From Neoconidiobolus thromboides FSU 785 (taxonomy: Eukaryota; Fungi; Entomophthoromycota), in the NCBI GenBank assembly GCA_025603075.1, contig MU626272.1:62001-126000 (forward strand): a stretch of 64,000 bases of DNA, given 5' to 3'. Position numbers and translations under genes: made by a program. Below, piece after piece: positions 1 through 13,185 of this stretch (within the stretch, counting starts at the first letter, position 1; each line of letters begins with the position of its first letter). A model generated the notes under the pieces. The model searched no databases, was not told where the DNA came from, and saw only the letters and a list, made by a program, of their open reading frames with translations.

Positions 1-2051
1 TCAATTTCAATCTCGATTTTATCTAATGATATATTATGACATAGAGGTATTAATCCACTAGTCGTTTTTGCCCCTTGGATACCAGCTATTTGGGCAACAG
101 TTAATACATCCCCTTTTTTATTTTTTTTATATAAAACTTCTTCACTATTTGGATCTCTTATCTGTTCCATAGCTTCTTTACTTAATCTTATTTTAGCTTG
201 GGCTTTAGCTATTCTTTTACTTTGAATTTTATCACCTACATCCACCATGGATGCTCTACCTGTATTTGGATCAATATGACTTAATATATTATTTAGTCTT
301 TTTGTCGAATAGAGGCGTAATTGTGAAATATTAGTTCTTATCGGAAAGAATGAATAATTGGAACTGCTTGATTTGTAAGTTTCATTAGACTTAGATGGCT
401 CCAAATGAGATATACAAGAGTGAACATGAGTAACAGGAAGTAATAAATCTATTAAAATTAAAAATAAGCTAACTTAATAATAATAAACTATAAATAGAAT
501 GATTTAATGAGAATTGTATTATTATGCTATTATGTATTATGTGTTATATATTGTTATTATTATATTATTATATTAATATTCTACATTAATTTTATTATTA
601 ACCACCAATTAATATCATTGGTCTATTTTTTGATTTTGCTAATTCTAACATACCAGCGTGTTTGGGTAATTTCTTTTTTACTGCTATAGATACCAATTGT
701 TTTATCTCTTCTTCATTGACTTGTTTCCTCAACAAATCTCTTAAACTTATTTCTGAATTTCCAAACAAACATACCTATTATAATATTAAATTATATTATT
801 GTTAATCTATTATTAAATTGTATTCTAATTTACTTTTAAATTCCCATCCGCTGTTATTCTTAATCGATTACACGTCGAACAAAAATGTTCAGTCATCGAA
901 CTAATAAATCCAAAATTACCTTTATATCCATTCACTTGATAATGCTAGATGAAAATACCAATTAATTGATTTGTTATTATTATTATTATCTTACTTTTGT
1001 AGTATCATTTTTATCATCTGTAATTTTATTATATTCAGGATATTCATTACCAATCATTTTGAGTAATTCTTTATAAGGTACTAATTTTTTATCACTCCAT
1101 TTATTACCTATAATAATAAAATAAATAAAAAACCCCTAATATTATCAAATATACAAAAATCTAACTCACCATCGAAAGGCATGTATTCAATAAACCTTAC
1201 ACTAATTTTTCTATCTTTAGTTAATTGAATGAATTTAGGTACTTCTGTTTCATTCACTCCTTTAATAACTACGCAATTTATTTTTAAGTGTTCTATATCT
1301 AATCTTTCTGCTTCATCTAAACACTCCATTACTTTACTAAAGCCTAAATTTGTTTTTACATAAAAAATAATCCAAATTTAAACTTTGATAATTTACCATT
1401 CCTCCTCGTCATTAGTTGGTATTGAAATGGGTCTAAAGTATCCAAACTTAAATTTAATGTATTTAATCCATATTGAATTAATTTAGGTAATTTTCTTTTT
1501 AGTGCAATGCCATTGGATGTCATTGCTATTGATTTTAAGCCTAAATCTTTTAATTCAGATAGACCAGCTAAATTAAATATTAATTTTTTACTTTTTAATT
1601 AATTCGTCTTTATTAATATTACCAACTAATTCAATAATATCTTTCCTAATCGATGGTTCACCACCAGTCAATCGAATTTTATCTACTCCTTCACATACAA
1701 ATAATTTTGCTAATTGAAGTATCTCTGTAGTTGTTAATAACTCATTGTTTGGTGTTAATTCAATTCCTTCTTCGGGCATACAATAAGTACCTAATAATTT
1801 TAACAATTAATCATAGTTATTCGCGAATAATCACTGTAGTTACATCTCAAGTTACAACGTTCAGTTAGGGAAATGCGTAAATAGTTATGGGTTCGTTTGT
1901 GTAAGTCAGTTAATGTAGAGTTCAACTAAGAAGTTATAAGGTCTGTAATATGAAAAACAGTAAATTAACTTACCCTCTTAGCATAATATCGGTTAGTAAA
2001 TGGCAACCTTTGTATCGGCTTTAACTTTAACATTGGTTTTGTGAAGAACAT
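1..2051 (-). CDS. MOCS1: Molybdenum cofactor biosynthesis protein 1 (MoaA radical-SAM domain plus MoaC domain), multi-exon, runs off the window start
   Basis: Spliced translation gives [18 protein letters not shown] (presequence-like), [32 protein letters not shown] (CxxxCxxC), [16 protein letters not shown] (stop 598-600), then the MoaC motifs [30 protein letters not shown] and LIPLCH. Confidence 0.95.
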
Positions 2052-2551
2052 TTATAGAATAAAAAAATAAAAGTTAAGAATTTACTTTTTATGGTGAAAA
2101 AGTTTTGTAATGCAAAAAACTACGAAAGCAGTATTATAGTTGGTTAGATTTCAAAGCTTAGATAGAATAAAAAATTAAATTGTACAGTTTAGTTTAAAAT
2201 GAAATTCTGCAAATTTTAAAAGAATGACTAATTTTTAGTCACATTTTACGTGATATACACAGTTCAAAAAAATCATAAATTAAATGTTGAAATAAAAAAT
2301 ACTCCTGTCTATCCTTATTTAAATCTTGGTAAAGTCCCGTTCCTTTATCTTTTAGATATATTTACGTTTTTCATTTCCTTAAAATAAACTCGACAAAAAA
2401 ACTCATTCATAAAAAGAAAGCTATATAATTTTAGCTTATGAAATCGATTGGTAAATAAATGCCAATTTTTGAAAAATCGGGAAATCTAATTAAATGCAAA
2501 AACAAAAACTGTATAATCAATTTATCAATTTATTTCTATCCCTCAAAAAAA

Positions 2552-3310
2552 ATGAGTTTAAACTGTAATAGTTTGGATAATAACATGATTATACTTTCAG
2601 ATGGAGGACCGGAAGAATACGAAGTAGAGACTATAATTTCTCATGTATTTGATGATAATGAAGTAGGTTTTCATTTTAAAATAGATTGTTTGTTAATACA
2701 AGTTAATCAACCACAAAACTAGAACTGTTTTAAATATTTAGTCAAATGGAAAGGCTATGGTATTCAAGAGTGTACTTGGGAGCCGGTATCAAATTTGTAT
2801 GTTACCTCTACCCACCTACAACTTTAAGCTCATTATTTTATTTTTTATAGATTCAAAGCCATCTCCATTGTAAAACAATATTGGGTTTATGCAAAGATCA
2901 CTTCAAATTTTGATGGAGAAGAGTTAAGCGAAGAAGAAATAGAAGAAGCATTCAAATATTTAACAAATGAAAAACAGTTATTTGAGTATAAAATTAATCT
3001 CCATTACCCTAATAAAAAAATTAGGGATTGGAATACTAAAGTAGATAGTATTAAAAATGTTTTTAAAGATGACAATGGAGAATTGATTGTATTGGTCAAA
3101 TGGTAAGTTAAAACTAGTTCTTGAATGTTAATATCAGATTTCACTTGTTTCTGGTATAGGAAAACGGGAGTTATTACAGTTCATCCGATTGAATTAGTAG
3201 CTAAAAAGCTGCCTCAAAAAGTAAGCTTTTAAATCATCCTTTTAATAAGAATACTTATCTTTTTTTAGTTGATAACTTATTTCGAAAAAGAAACAGTATT
3301 TATGGGTTAA
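2552..3310 (+). CDS. HP1/Swi6-like chromodomain plus chromoshadow protein (paralog a), 4 introns
   Basis: Chromodomain EEYEVETI..YLVKWKGYGIQECTWEPVSNL; C-terminal WNTKVDSI..LVKW-KTG..VAKKLPQK-LITYFEK resembles a chromoshadow domain; GT-AG introns keep the frame; start codon uncertain (2552 or 2585). Confidence 0.8.
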
Positions 3311-3850
3311 ATTTGGCTAATGTAATATATCCTGCTATTTTCAATCTATGTTGTTTTACCTTATTTCTAAAAAAGTTTAATTTATCTTTATTGCTACACT
3401 CTTGTTAATCTTATAAATATAAAATGCCAAGTATAGTTTTTTCTATTTTCTGTTTTTTACGGTTAATAATTATTTGTCTAGTTTCAAATTAAAATTATAT
3501 GAGTTTATGTAACTACTATATTAATATCATTTATTGTATTCGACTTCTTACTTACAATATCATTTATAAATAATTCAATTTCATCTTAAACTTCAATCTT
3601 GTCCTGGTTTAATATTTATGAAAGTAGTAAATCAAATATGAATCAAGAAAACAGTAAGAATATTTTTGTTAATAAATTCAAACTATAAAATCACTTAGAA
3701 ATGCCTTTTTTCCACTATTTTATTATGAAACTTATAACGAAAAGCTTTTTAACTAATTTTATAATTTTCATTTGTATTTCAATTACACCTTTAGACTCGT
3801 CATATTAATTTGTTATTGCTATATAATAATGATAAAATACGATATAACAC

Positions 3851-3956
3851 ATATGGGGATGTATTTTTTGTTTAATAATTTTATCAATAATCTTTACACT
3901 TGAATACGTTTAAAAAAGTGGAAAAAATGATAAAACCAAAAAAAACATACCCATAT
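3851..3956 (+). mobile_element. ~100-bp TIR element (MITE-like family) copy
   Basis: ATAT-GGGGATGTATTTTTT...AAAAAAACATACCC-ATAT. Confidence 0.85.
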
Positions 3957-4026
3957 AGTTATAATCTTATTATAACAATGAATATTGATTTTAAAATTTA
4001 TTGAAAATTATTATTTTATTTTCATA

Positions 4027-5534
4027 TTAATTAGATTCAGGTACAATAGTTTTTGGTAAAGCTTCTTTCAAATCTGCAACTGAATATATAAACCCAGCAG
4101 TCATAGCAGCATTTTTAGCCAATTGTTCAGGTTTTAAAACTTCCATACGATCCCCAGCAGAATGATGAAAGGTGAAATAACTCAATGTAGAATTATTAGC
4201 TGCTTTTGAATAAAGTGAAGCACTCGGTATTCCTCTGGCACATAATGGTGATATATCTTCATCACTATCATCAGATTCTAATTTCATATTAATAACTACA
4301 AATAATTAATAAAAATAAACTTACCTACAACGTTCCCAAACGTTGTATGGCCTAACAAATCTTTTCCAATAGAACTAAAAATAGCAGTAGCTTCTTTATT
4401 ACCTGCGAAATAAAAACCATAAGGTTCAAATGTGCCTGAATCGGATTCCATTGCCAAGATATGATTATCTAAATTATTGATATTTTCTTTATAATAAGCT
4501 TCACCACCAGCAGTACCAGCTTCTTCATTAACCCAAAAGATAGCTCTAATAGTACGACGAGGCTTGATATTTAAGTTTGAAATTTGACGTAGTACTTCCC
4601 AACCAATAAAAGCACCGGCAGCATCGTCCATAGCACCTACTCCAACATCCCAAGAGTCAATATGACCGCTTACGATTACAATTTCATTTGGTTTTTCACT
4701 ACCTTTAATTTCAAGAATCAAGTTTCTTGTCTTGGCTTTACCTTTTTTTAACGTAGCTCCCATTTTTAAAGTAAGCTTTGGTTTTTTATAAATATTACAA
4801 TTGATATTATCACTTTTTCTAGCTCTTTCTTGAATTCTAGTTAACATTTGAGCATCTTCATAAGTAACTACAGCACCTGGAATTTTAGATTCTCGCATAA
4901 CCCCAGTATGTGGTGTATTAATAGAAAATGGTGTAGCTGCACGAACTAAAGCTGCAACGGCCCCATATTTTTCAGATAAGAAAGCACAGTTTTGTCGAAT
5001 ATTAGAAGCAGCGCCATATCCAGTCCAAGGAAAATTACATAATACAATTTTTTCACTTAACTCCCCTTTCTCACCTTTTTGTTTAAGATCATCTTTAGAA
5101 ACCACTGTAATTACTTCAGCAGTGATACCATGTTTTGGTGTACCAATAGATCTTCCAAGTCCTAAAAAGTTAAGCTTGACATCACCACGAGTAGGTGAAT
5201 GATACACTAAAGATTCTTCGTTACGTTGCCAATAGTCTGCAGTCACCTTTTGTGTATATGTTGTTAGTCCATCTTTTTTTGCTTGCTTTTGTATCCAATC
5301 AATTGAATCCTCTAACGCTTTTGAACCTGTTATACGATGACCATATAAATCTGTCATTTCAGCTAATCGATCCCAGATTATAGTGGTATTTTGAGTAGAT
5401 GCTAATAATCGATTAACATTATCTTTAAGATACGATAATGTTGGAAGTTGAAAATCCTTTTGAGTAGTTTGGGATTGAATGATGTTAGAATAGATTAAAG
5501 ACAAGCAGAAAGTTAGAGAAGGGTTATATTTCAT
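4027..5534 (-). CDS. Carboxypeptidase Q-like M28 metallopeptidase, secreted (paralog 1), 1 intron
   Basis: Signal peptide, PA domain, GHIDSWDVGVGAMDD, WVNEE, MESD and C-terminal HHS zinc-ligand motifs; intron at about 4278-4325 joins the two ORFs in frame. Confidence 0.92.
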
Positions 5535-6285
5535 CTTTTTAATTTTATATAAAAAAATAGCTACTATTTTTTAATTTAAATTGAAGTGAATCTTCTCCTT
5601 TTTATAATCTTTTGAATAATGATACATTATTAGGTATATCATTTTTAGTCATTCATTCTGAAAGCGGGTTTTACTATTCTGATATAATGTCATTCATTTA
5701 AACTAGAAATTATAATATAGCAAATGATCACAAAACCTCCAATTATATAAAACTAAATTTTAAAAAGTTAGACTCATGATAGTGAAAATAAAATAAAAAA
5801 GGATAGCTACAACTTAATGTTATAATAATACATTAATATTTCAATGCAAAGTTTCGATTATATACATATTTAGCTATTTCAAAAGTGTTTATTGGCTTTT
5901 GGATTTTATACAAATTTGACTTGTTTTTAATTTAAAATTGGTAATACCATTCAATATGAATGTTAGCAAATTGTTAGTGCTAAAGGCTAATAAAAAGTGA
6001 AGTTCTATTAGTAATACGTGTTTTTTTATGAATTTAAAGCTGAATAGAAAGTAAACATATTATTCATATTATTTGAGTATAGGTAGTAAACTTTACATCT
6101 TAAGTAAAAATTGAATTTATTAAGTTTTATTTTTTACTTATTTTTAGCCTTCTAATAAACCAGCAAGTTAAATAATCCTAAGCTGTAATTTAAATTGCTA
6201 ATTTACAAGTGAAATTAAACAAATTTTATTATTATAATAGCAAGAATATAAACTTATTATTCTTTCGATATTTCATATGGCATAA

Positions 6286-6387
6286 ATATGGGAATATATT
6301 TTTGTGTTTAAGAATTTTACTAAAAATCTTTTCACTCAAATAGCGCTTAAAAGATAGAAAAAGTGGTCAAAAAAAACACTCCCATAT
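6286..6387 (+). mobile_element. MITE-like family copy
   Basis: ATATGGGAATATATTTTT...AAAAAAACACTCCCATAT with the family core TTTAAGAATTTTACTAA..CTCAAATAGCGCTTAAAA. Confidence 0.85.
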
Positions 6388-6875
6388 GTTAGTTGGTCAC
6401 TTTATACTCGTTTTGTTTTTAAAATCATATCTATAGCTTAAATTTTACTTTGCAAGCTATTAGTCTTTCTGCTCTCAACTATATAATATAGGCTACTCAC
6501 TACATTTCTCTATAGTAGATCTATTTTTCTATACATCGTCTCTATATTTTCAATGTCCAATTTAAAGACCATCCACATTTACCTACCACCTCCATGGTTA
6601 TAAAAGATTATTTTTATGAATTCAGATTTATACTAAATCACTTCATCTCTTCCTTGGCCACCTCTATAGAAGGCGATCTTCCTGATATTCTTCAAGGTAC
6701 CCTCAATTTCTATAATAAATACTTTCTAATGTTCTAATAAGGATCGTTTCCTGTTCAATTTATTAACTCCTATAAATTGCTAATAATTAGCCTTATTTAT
6801 TTGGTATTTTATTGACTTTTAGAAAACTTTTGATAGAGAAATTCCCTAAAATTATAATATAAATATACTGCATAA

Positions 6876-6980
6876 ATATGGGGATCTTTTTTTGTCTTCA
6901 TTACTTTTTCCATTTTTAAGCGTTATTTGAGTGGAAAGATTGTTAGCAAAATTCTTAAACGAAAAAATACATCCCCATAT
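6876..6980 (-). mobile_element. MITE-like family copy (first of a tandem dimer)
   Basis: Reverse-orientation core; shares ATAT 6977-6980 with the next copy. Confidence 0.85.
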
Positions 6981-7080
6981 GGAGATATTTTTTTGACTTC
7001 ATTTTTTCTATCTTTTAAGCGCTATTTGAGTGGAAAAATTGTTAGTAAAATTCTTAAACATAAAAATACATCCCACATAT
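6977..7080 (-). mobile_element. MITE-like family copy (second of a tandem dimer)
   Basis: ATATGGAGATATTTTTTTGACTTC...AAAATACATCCCACATAT. Confidence 0.85.
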
Positions 7081-7480
7081 AATGATTCTTGAAGTTTAGA
7101 TACTATAGTTTGATTTTGTTTTTAATGAAATATAGATTTAATAAAAGTTTAAATAACTTTTCATCCGTTAGATATTCATTAAACTCCCGTTTAGTTATTT
7201 GACTGTTTAATGTATTATTGTATTTAGATTTTGTAATTTTACATCTTTTGGAAAAAAGTATGATTATTCGGTTATTTTTGTAGCTGTTGATGAAACTACA
7301 TAATTAATTTTTTTAGATCAGGTTATTATAACAATATGTTTAATATGTTTTAACTCTTACTTTAGATTCAACAGTCCTAATCAAGCTAGAATGATTAAAT
7401 ATTATCCTATGCTATAGCTTATAATAAATGAAATATTTACATAAAATTTCACCATTAAAATCGGAACTTTGAATTTTACC

Positions 7481-7586
7481 ATATGGAGATGTATTTTTTC
7501 GTTTAAGAATTTTGCTAATAATCTTTCCACTCAAATAGTACTTAAAAATGGAAAAAGTAATCAAGACAAAAAAAACATCCCTATAT
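7481..7586 (+). mobile_element. MITE-like family copy
   Basis: ATATGGAGATGTATTTTTT...AAAAAAAACATCCCTATAT. Confidence 0.85.
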
Positions 7587-8154
7587 TCTAAGGTTTAAGT
7601 TCAAAGTATCTTCTTTAGGCTTATTACAAAGTCTTGAAGCAGAGCGATAAAGGACTTCAAAAAGTTAATAAGAAGATGTTATCTTTTCAATTCTAATTTT
7701 AATTAATTAGATCAATTTAATAATCATATTAATAATTAAATTTGCACTTTTAAAACTTTAAAATTTAATTAAGGATGCTCTTTATCTAACTGAAAATTAG
7801 TAATACTAAATTTTTTATTTAGGTGTTAGCTTCAAAAAAACAATAAGTGTCTCTAAAAACTACTAAAAATTAAGTCGTTACAGAGTTGTAGCAGCTGTAG
7901 TTATGATATAGTGTAGAACAATAATAATAAGAATTTAAAATAAGTTGTGATGTTTGAAAGCCATAAATGCTATATAAAAAAGAAAATCAACTGACTATTA
8001 AATTTCCTTTAATTTATTGTATAATTCAAATTAAACTCGTAAAATTTTAAACTGTTAAGCAATAACGTAATGTTGAAGGCGTGGCTAATATTTGAAACTG
8101 TGTTTTATATGAAATATAAAGTCTGGTTTTAAAGGATACTTTTTCACTTTTAAA

Positions 8155-9107
8155 ATGAATAGTGATACTTTAGAAAAAAAAATATTAATAAATAGAGCGA
8201 ATTTAAGCGATCCCGATAATGTAACTCGGTACCAAAGATATAGGTTCAAGGCTTTCCAGATTATGGATTCCTATACTTTTCATTACAAAACCACTTTGGT
8301 TTCGATTTTGTATCTTATTGTCTTAAGCTTTGAATTTGGATATAGTGAGTTCAATAATCTTTGTCAAAACAGTAATTTATTAACTAATATAGGATATAGT
8401 TTTACCAAAACAGAATATGTTATATCTAAAGGACGAACTATTTTTCAATTGATATTTGGTATATTAGGAGCTCCTTTTATGTTATTATTTTTGATAGAGC
8501 TAATCATAAGGCTATTTGCACTCAATAATGTTAGACTATACACCGTTCGATTAGCAGCATTGGAATCTGCTTTTTTATTCGTTAATATTATTATAAGTAT
8601 GACTGATATGGTCTTGCCCTTAGATACGTTTCTAGAAATCAAAATATTAGTGGTAGCAGTAAGGTTGTTATTACAAGTTTATAAAAACAAGCAAGTAGTT
8701 GAAGTAATCGAGAAGCATGTAAATTTTAATATTTAGGTTAATAATAAGGTTAAATGTAAATAATAAAATAATAGGAAAATGAGATAACCAGAGAATATGA
8801 GGAGTACTATAAATCAGTTGTATTAAGATGCGAAAGTATAAAACTAAACAATAAAGAATTAGAAATGGAAATGGAAGAGTATTTAAAAACTATAGCTATC
8901 AGAGAAGAAGAGATTAAAAGCTTGAATACTGCGATGATTGAAACTCATAGGAAGTCATGGAGTGCCCTTGTATCACCGCTATTGGCAGTTAAGGTGAATA
9001 TACCTGTTATGTATGAAAGTTCTTCTAGTAACCAACGTAAATCTAAGGAATCAAAAGCGTCAGCAAAACTGAGAGAAAGAGGCCGCTCAATTAGCTTCTT
9101 TAAATAA
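8155..9107 (+). CDS. Divergent Hv1-like voltage-sensor-domain protein with C-terminal coiled coil, 1 intron
   Basis: Four hydrophobic helices: S1 FHYKTTLVSILYLIVLSFE, S2 LFLIELIIRLF (F..E...R), S3 ALESAFLFV, S4 LVVAVRLLLQVYK; the intron after EKH joins in frame to a coiled-coil exon. Confidence 0.65.
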
Positions 9108-9186
9108 AACAGCTTTACCATCAAATATCTATTTATTAAAATTACCTATGTCATATTTTAATCTAAAATAAAGTTTTATTCTTAAT

Positions 9187-9291
9187 ATATGGAGTGTTTT
9201 TTTGACTTCATTATTTTTTACATTTTTTAAGCGCTATTTAAGCGGAAAATTTGTTAGTAAAATTGTTAGACACAAAAATATATCCCCATAT
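9187..9291 (-). mobile_element. MITE-like family copy
   Basis: ATATGGAGTGTTTTTTTGACTTC...AAAATATATCCCCATAT. Confidence 0.85.
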
Positions 9292-9460
9292 ATTTATGTG
9301 TATTGAAATATTGGTCGATAGCTTTTTTAGAGCACAATAAAAAATAATTTGAACTTTGGGTTATTATCAGAACTCAAAATATTTAATAAACTTGTTCGTT
9401 TTTTATTACTAGCCTAATAATAAAAATAAAAGTTAGATGCTTACTATCAAAAACATAACA

Positions 9461-9554
9461 AATGGGGATATTTTTATAGTCAAGGATTTTATTAACAATT
9501 TTTCCACTCAAACAGCACTTGAAAGATAGAAAAAGTGAAGTCAAAAAAAACGCC
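9461..9554 (+). mobile_element. MITE-like family copy, right TIR eroded
   Basis: AATGGGGATATTTTT, core TTTTTCCACTCAAACAGCACTTGAAAGATAGAAAAAG, ends AAAAAAAACGCC. Confidence 0.75.
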
Positions 9555-9710
9555 AAATTGAGTTTTCATAAAATGACGTGAAATCACTTGTGATCATTTT
9601 TTTGAAAAATATCAATTTCAAAAACTAACAAGTTATTATGAATATAATGTAGCTAAAATTTTATTGGATTTAAATCAAAGAATCAAAATTGTCTTTATAT
9701 TTAATAAAAG

Positions 9711-12013
9711 ATGAGTTTGAAAACCACAATTGGATCAACAAACATAAAGATAAACTCTAATAGTAAAATAGCAGATGATAAAGATAAAGACGATTTAATA
9801 CAACCCAATTTAAACCAGGTTCGAAGCGAGAAAACCGTTGGTTCATCTACTATAAATGACAATGGTTTAACGGATACTTCAAATATTTTAGGAGAGAAAA
9901 AACTTACTTTAGAACCAGCTAGGGATGATGTTAAGGTATTGTATACTGATGTACAGAGGAGCAGTTTGCGCGCATCTGAGGCTTACCTAGGGGCAATGAA
10001 AGAAATAGAAAAAGAAATTAATGCTATCAAACCATCAATAAATTGGGAAGATGAAAATGATCATGAAACCTCTGGTAGAGAAAATGAATTATATAATATA
10101 CAAAAGAGGGAAACAAATGAAGATAGTGGAGATAGCAACGATGCCAACTCTAGGCAAGAAGTAATTTATACTATTGATCTTAATCCAGAGGAGTCATCCA
10201 GTTCTAAATATGAAGATTTTATTGAACCTGATGGACAAAAAGAGAAACAACTAGGTAATATTTTAGTTCTATTGTTTTAAAAAATAATATGAATTTGGTC
10301 AGATTGTGAAAGGAGTGGATGGGACGACATTGATGTTCCTGAAAACTCAGTTTCTAGTTTGTCTGATTTATCGGGTAAATCCTCAAAAAGCAGTATGGTT
10401 TCTGATAATTACAGTGTTTCTGAAGATGATGTATTTGCTTCTATTCTTACAGAGATTGTAACCAGTAATATGACTGGAAGTCAAGACAACCTCCTATATT
10501 ATGATGATATAGATGATAATTCCATTTTGAGTTCAAATCAAGAAGTTGTCGAAAATGATTTTAGTTTGAGTCCAACCAAGGATAACTCTATGAATAATAA
10601 AAAAGAATCTGACGATTTAAATAATGAAGTAAAAATTGAAGTAGAAGTAGCAGAAACTATAACAGATAATAATGATTCATGTATCTCTATTAGAAAGTTA
10701 GAAGAACTTCAAAATCAAAAAAATGGAGATACATTTTCCCTTAATGAACTTAATTTATCCAAAAGTGAGCACTTGGATTATGATGGTAGTAGGGAATATA
10801 AAAGAGATCAAGAAATTCCTGATTCATATTCCGTTTCCCCTAAAGCAGACGATATAGTAACCAATAGCAATAAAATAAGTAAAGCCTAAAATAAACTTAT
10901 AATTTATTTAATTGTTTAATTTTGAATAGATTTTGAAATAAAGCTTGTAAATGATACATGGAAAATACCAGACGAAAATGATAATAATGATAATAGTTTA
11001 GGTAGTGATAAAAATAAGAAATGCGAGCTTATTGATAATAAAAGAGATCACAATATAGGCAAGTCTAATTTGAATCAAAACAGCATAAAGGAAAACGTTT
11101 TTAACTACGGTAATGATTACAGTAATGGTGGGTCTTTAGATAAAGATAGCTTAGATATAAAAGCACAAAAAGGCAAAGTTAGATATATGGATTTGAGCGA
11201 AGATAATATCGAAGAATTTTATAAAAGAGAGTTACATACTTCAGCCAATGCAATAGCTCAAAACATCGTCAAAGGTGGCCTAGCTAAGGGTGGGTATATG
11301 GGCTCAAGCATAAGTGACATGGAAGACTTTTATAATAAGGAGTTAAACACAAACAATGTAAAAAATCAAAATGATTCCAATGACGATGATGATCTATGGG
11401 ATAATCAAGAAGTAGAGGTGAATTCAAACAATATTGAAGATTGGAAAATATTTTCGAAAGGTAAAGATAAAATTAAAATCAAAAATGAAAAAAATTAATG
11501 TATATTAAAACTAAACATACTTTTAGTCAAAATAAATCAATATCAAAAAGAGGACAGGCATAATATAAAAAATGAGTTTTTGATAATAAATGAAAAAACT
11601 GAAATTGAAATAAAAGAGGAAAATTTTAATGAAACGCAATATGATATTTCAGATGAAGTTTGGAAACCGAATTCAAGATGGATAATACCTAATTTCAATA
11701 TCACAGTTGTCGAAGATAAATCAGTAAACAACCAATCTTTGTTAAATGATATTGAAATTGGTTGGGAAGATGGTGCAATGAAGCTATCTGATTTTCCAGT
11801 TAGATCATGGTCTAGCGATAGTAATAATGAGGATGGTTATAACGAAAGTGAGGAGTTAAAAAGCAGAAAAAAGGATGCACTTAATAAATTCAAAGAGTAC
11901 AAAGCTAAAAATAAAGCGAAAAAAGATCCAACTCAGGTAATACTAATTTAATATTTCAAATTATTAATAATAATGTATAGAAATTCTTTGAGAGTGAGTT
12001 CAACGATATTTAA
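9711..12013 (+). CDS. Uncharacterised acidic, Ser/Asn/Asp-rich, probably disordered protein, multi-exon
   Basis: Four successive long + ORFs separated by ~50-nt AT-rich GT-AG gaps; last exon KFFESEFNDI*; no recognisable domain. Confidence 0.7.
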
Positions 12014-12295
12014 AGTACCAACCTTTTAAAATAATTGAACTAGTTTGACTCTAAAATGTGGCCTCTATGTGAATCCAGAAATTAAATTTAAACAATCATT
12101 TTTATTACTATTGATGATAACAATAGTCCCAGTCGTTGGAAGGTCTAGTAAAACTTGCATATTGAACTCATAGTAATAAATAAAAACCCATGTTGTTATA
12201 TTTTATAAAGAGATGATTTTAGTTAAACTTCATAATAAGAAAGATCTAACAACCAAAGCAGCTTGGATGATTTTTAACATAGCCATAGCTTTTTG

Positions 12296-12398
12296 ATATG
12301 GCGATGTATTTTTTTGCTTAATAATTTTACTAATAATTTTTCTACTCAAATAGCACTTAAAAAATGGAAAAAGTGAGGTCAAAAAAACACCCCTATAT
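12296..12398 (+). mobile_element. MITE-like family copy
   Basis: ATATGGCGATGTATTTTTTT...AAAAAAACACCCCTATAT. Confidence 0.85.
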
Positions 12399-13185
12399 AC
12401 TGAATATTCAAATGCTATAAATGATTTTTATTTGTACTACTGAGGCTGATTATAATTGCCATGAGTTAAAGCTGTCTTTGCTAACTCCAATTTATTTAAA
12501 TTGCTTGTAGCGCTTAATTATATTAGTTTATATTGTAGATGACATATTATTAATAGAGAAAACATGCTATGAAATAAAAATAAAAATGAAAATGAAAAAG
12601 GGGCCACTTTTAAAACATAATGTTACTTTATGGTGAATATTGTATTATTAATTTTACTTTTTTATGATCTTTAATAAAATATTTAAAATCTTTTACATAA
12701 ACAAATCACAAAATAATGTATAGTTATAGCATGACACTAACTTATAAATCAAAATCGAGTAAAATGCAATAAAATAGCATAAAAATTCAAAATGTCAATA
12801 GTAGTTTCACATACCAATATTATATAATGTTAATAAATATAACTTCTAAATCGAGAAAATAGTTGAAATCCACTCAGATTATTTAAATTTTACTAAAATT
12901 AGACTTTAACAGTAAAAAAAATACGATCAAAAAATAAAATATGTGGAAGTTTAGTAACTGAAATTTTATGTAATAAAGAAAACTAAAAGTAAGGAGAATT
13001 AAATTTAAAAAATAGGTTAGAATAAACTTAAATGATGAATAAAAAAGATGGCAATAATAATAAAGTTTAGGAAATTATATCGATCGTCTTGTAACTTATT
13101 TATTAGTTATGATAAATTTATAATCTATGATAATTTCATATGCTTGTTCTTATCTTTTTTCTTAACTAATCAAAGTTTCATTCAT

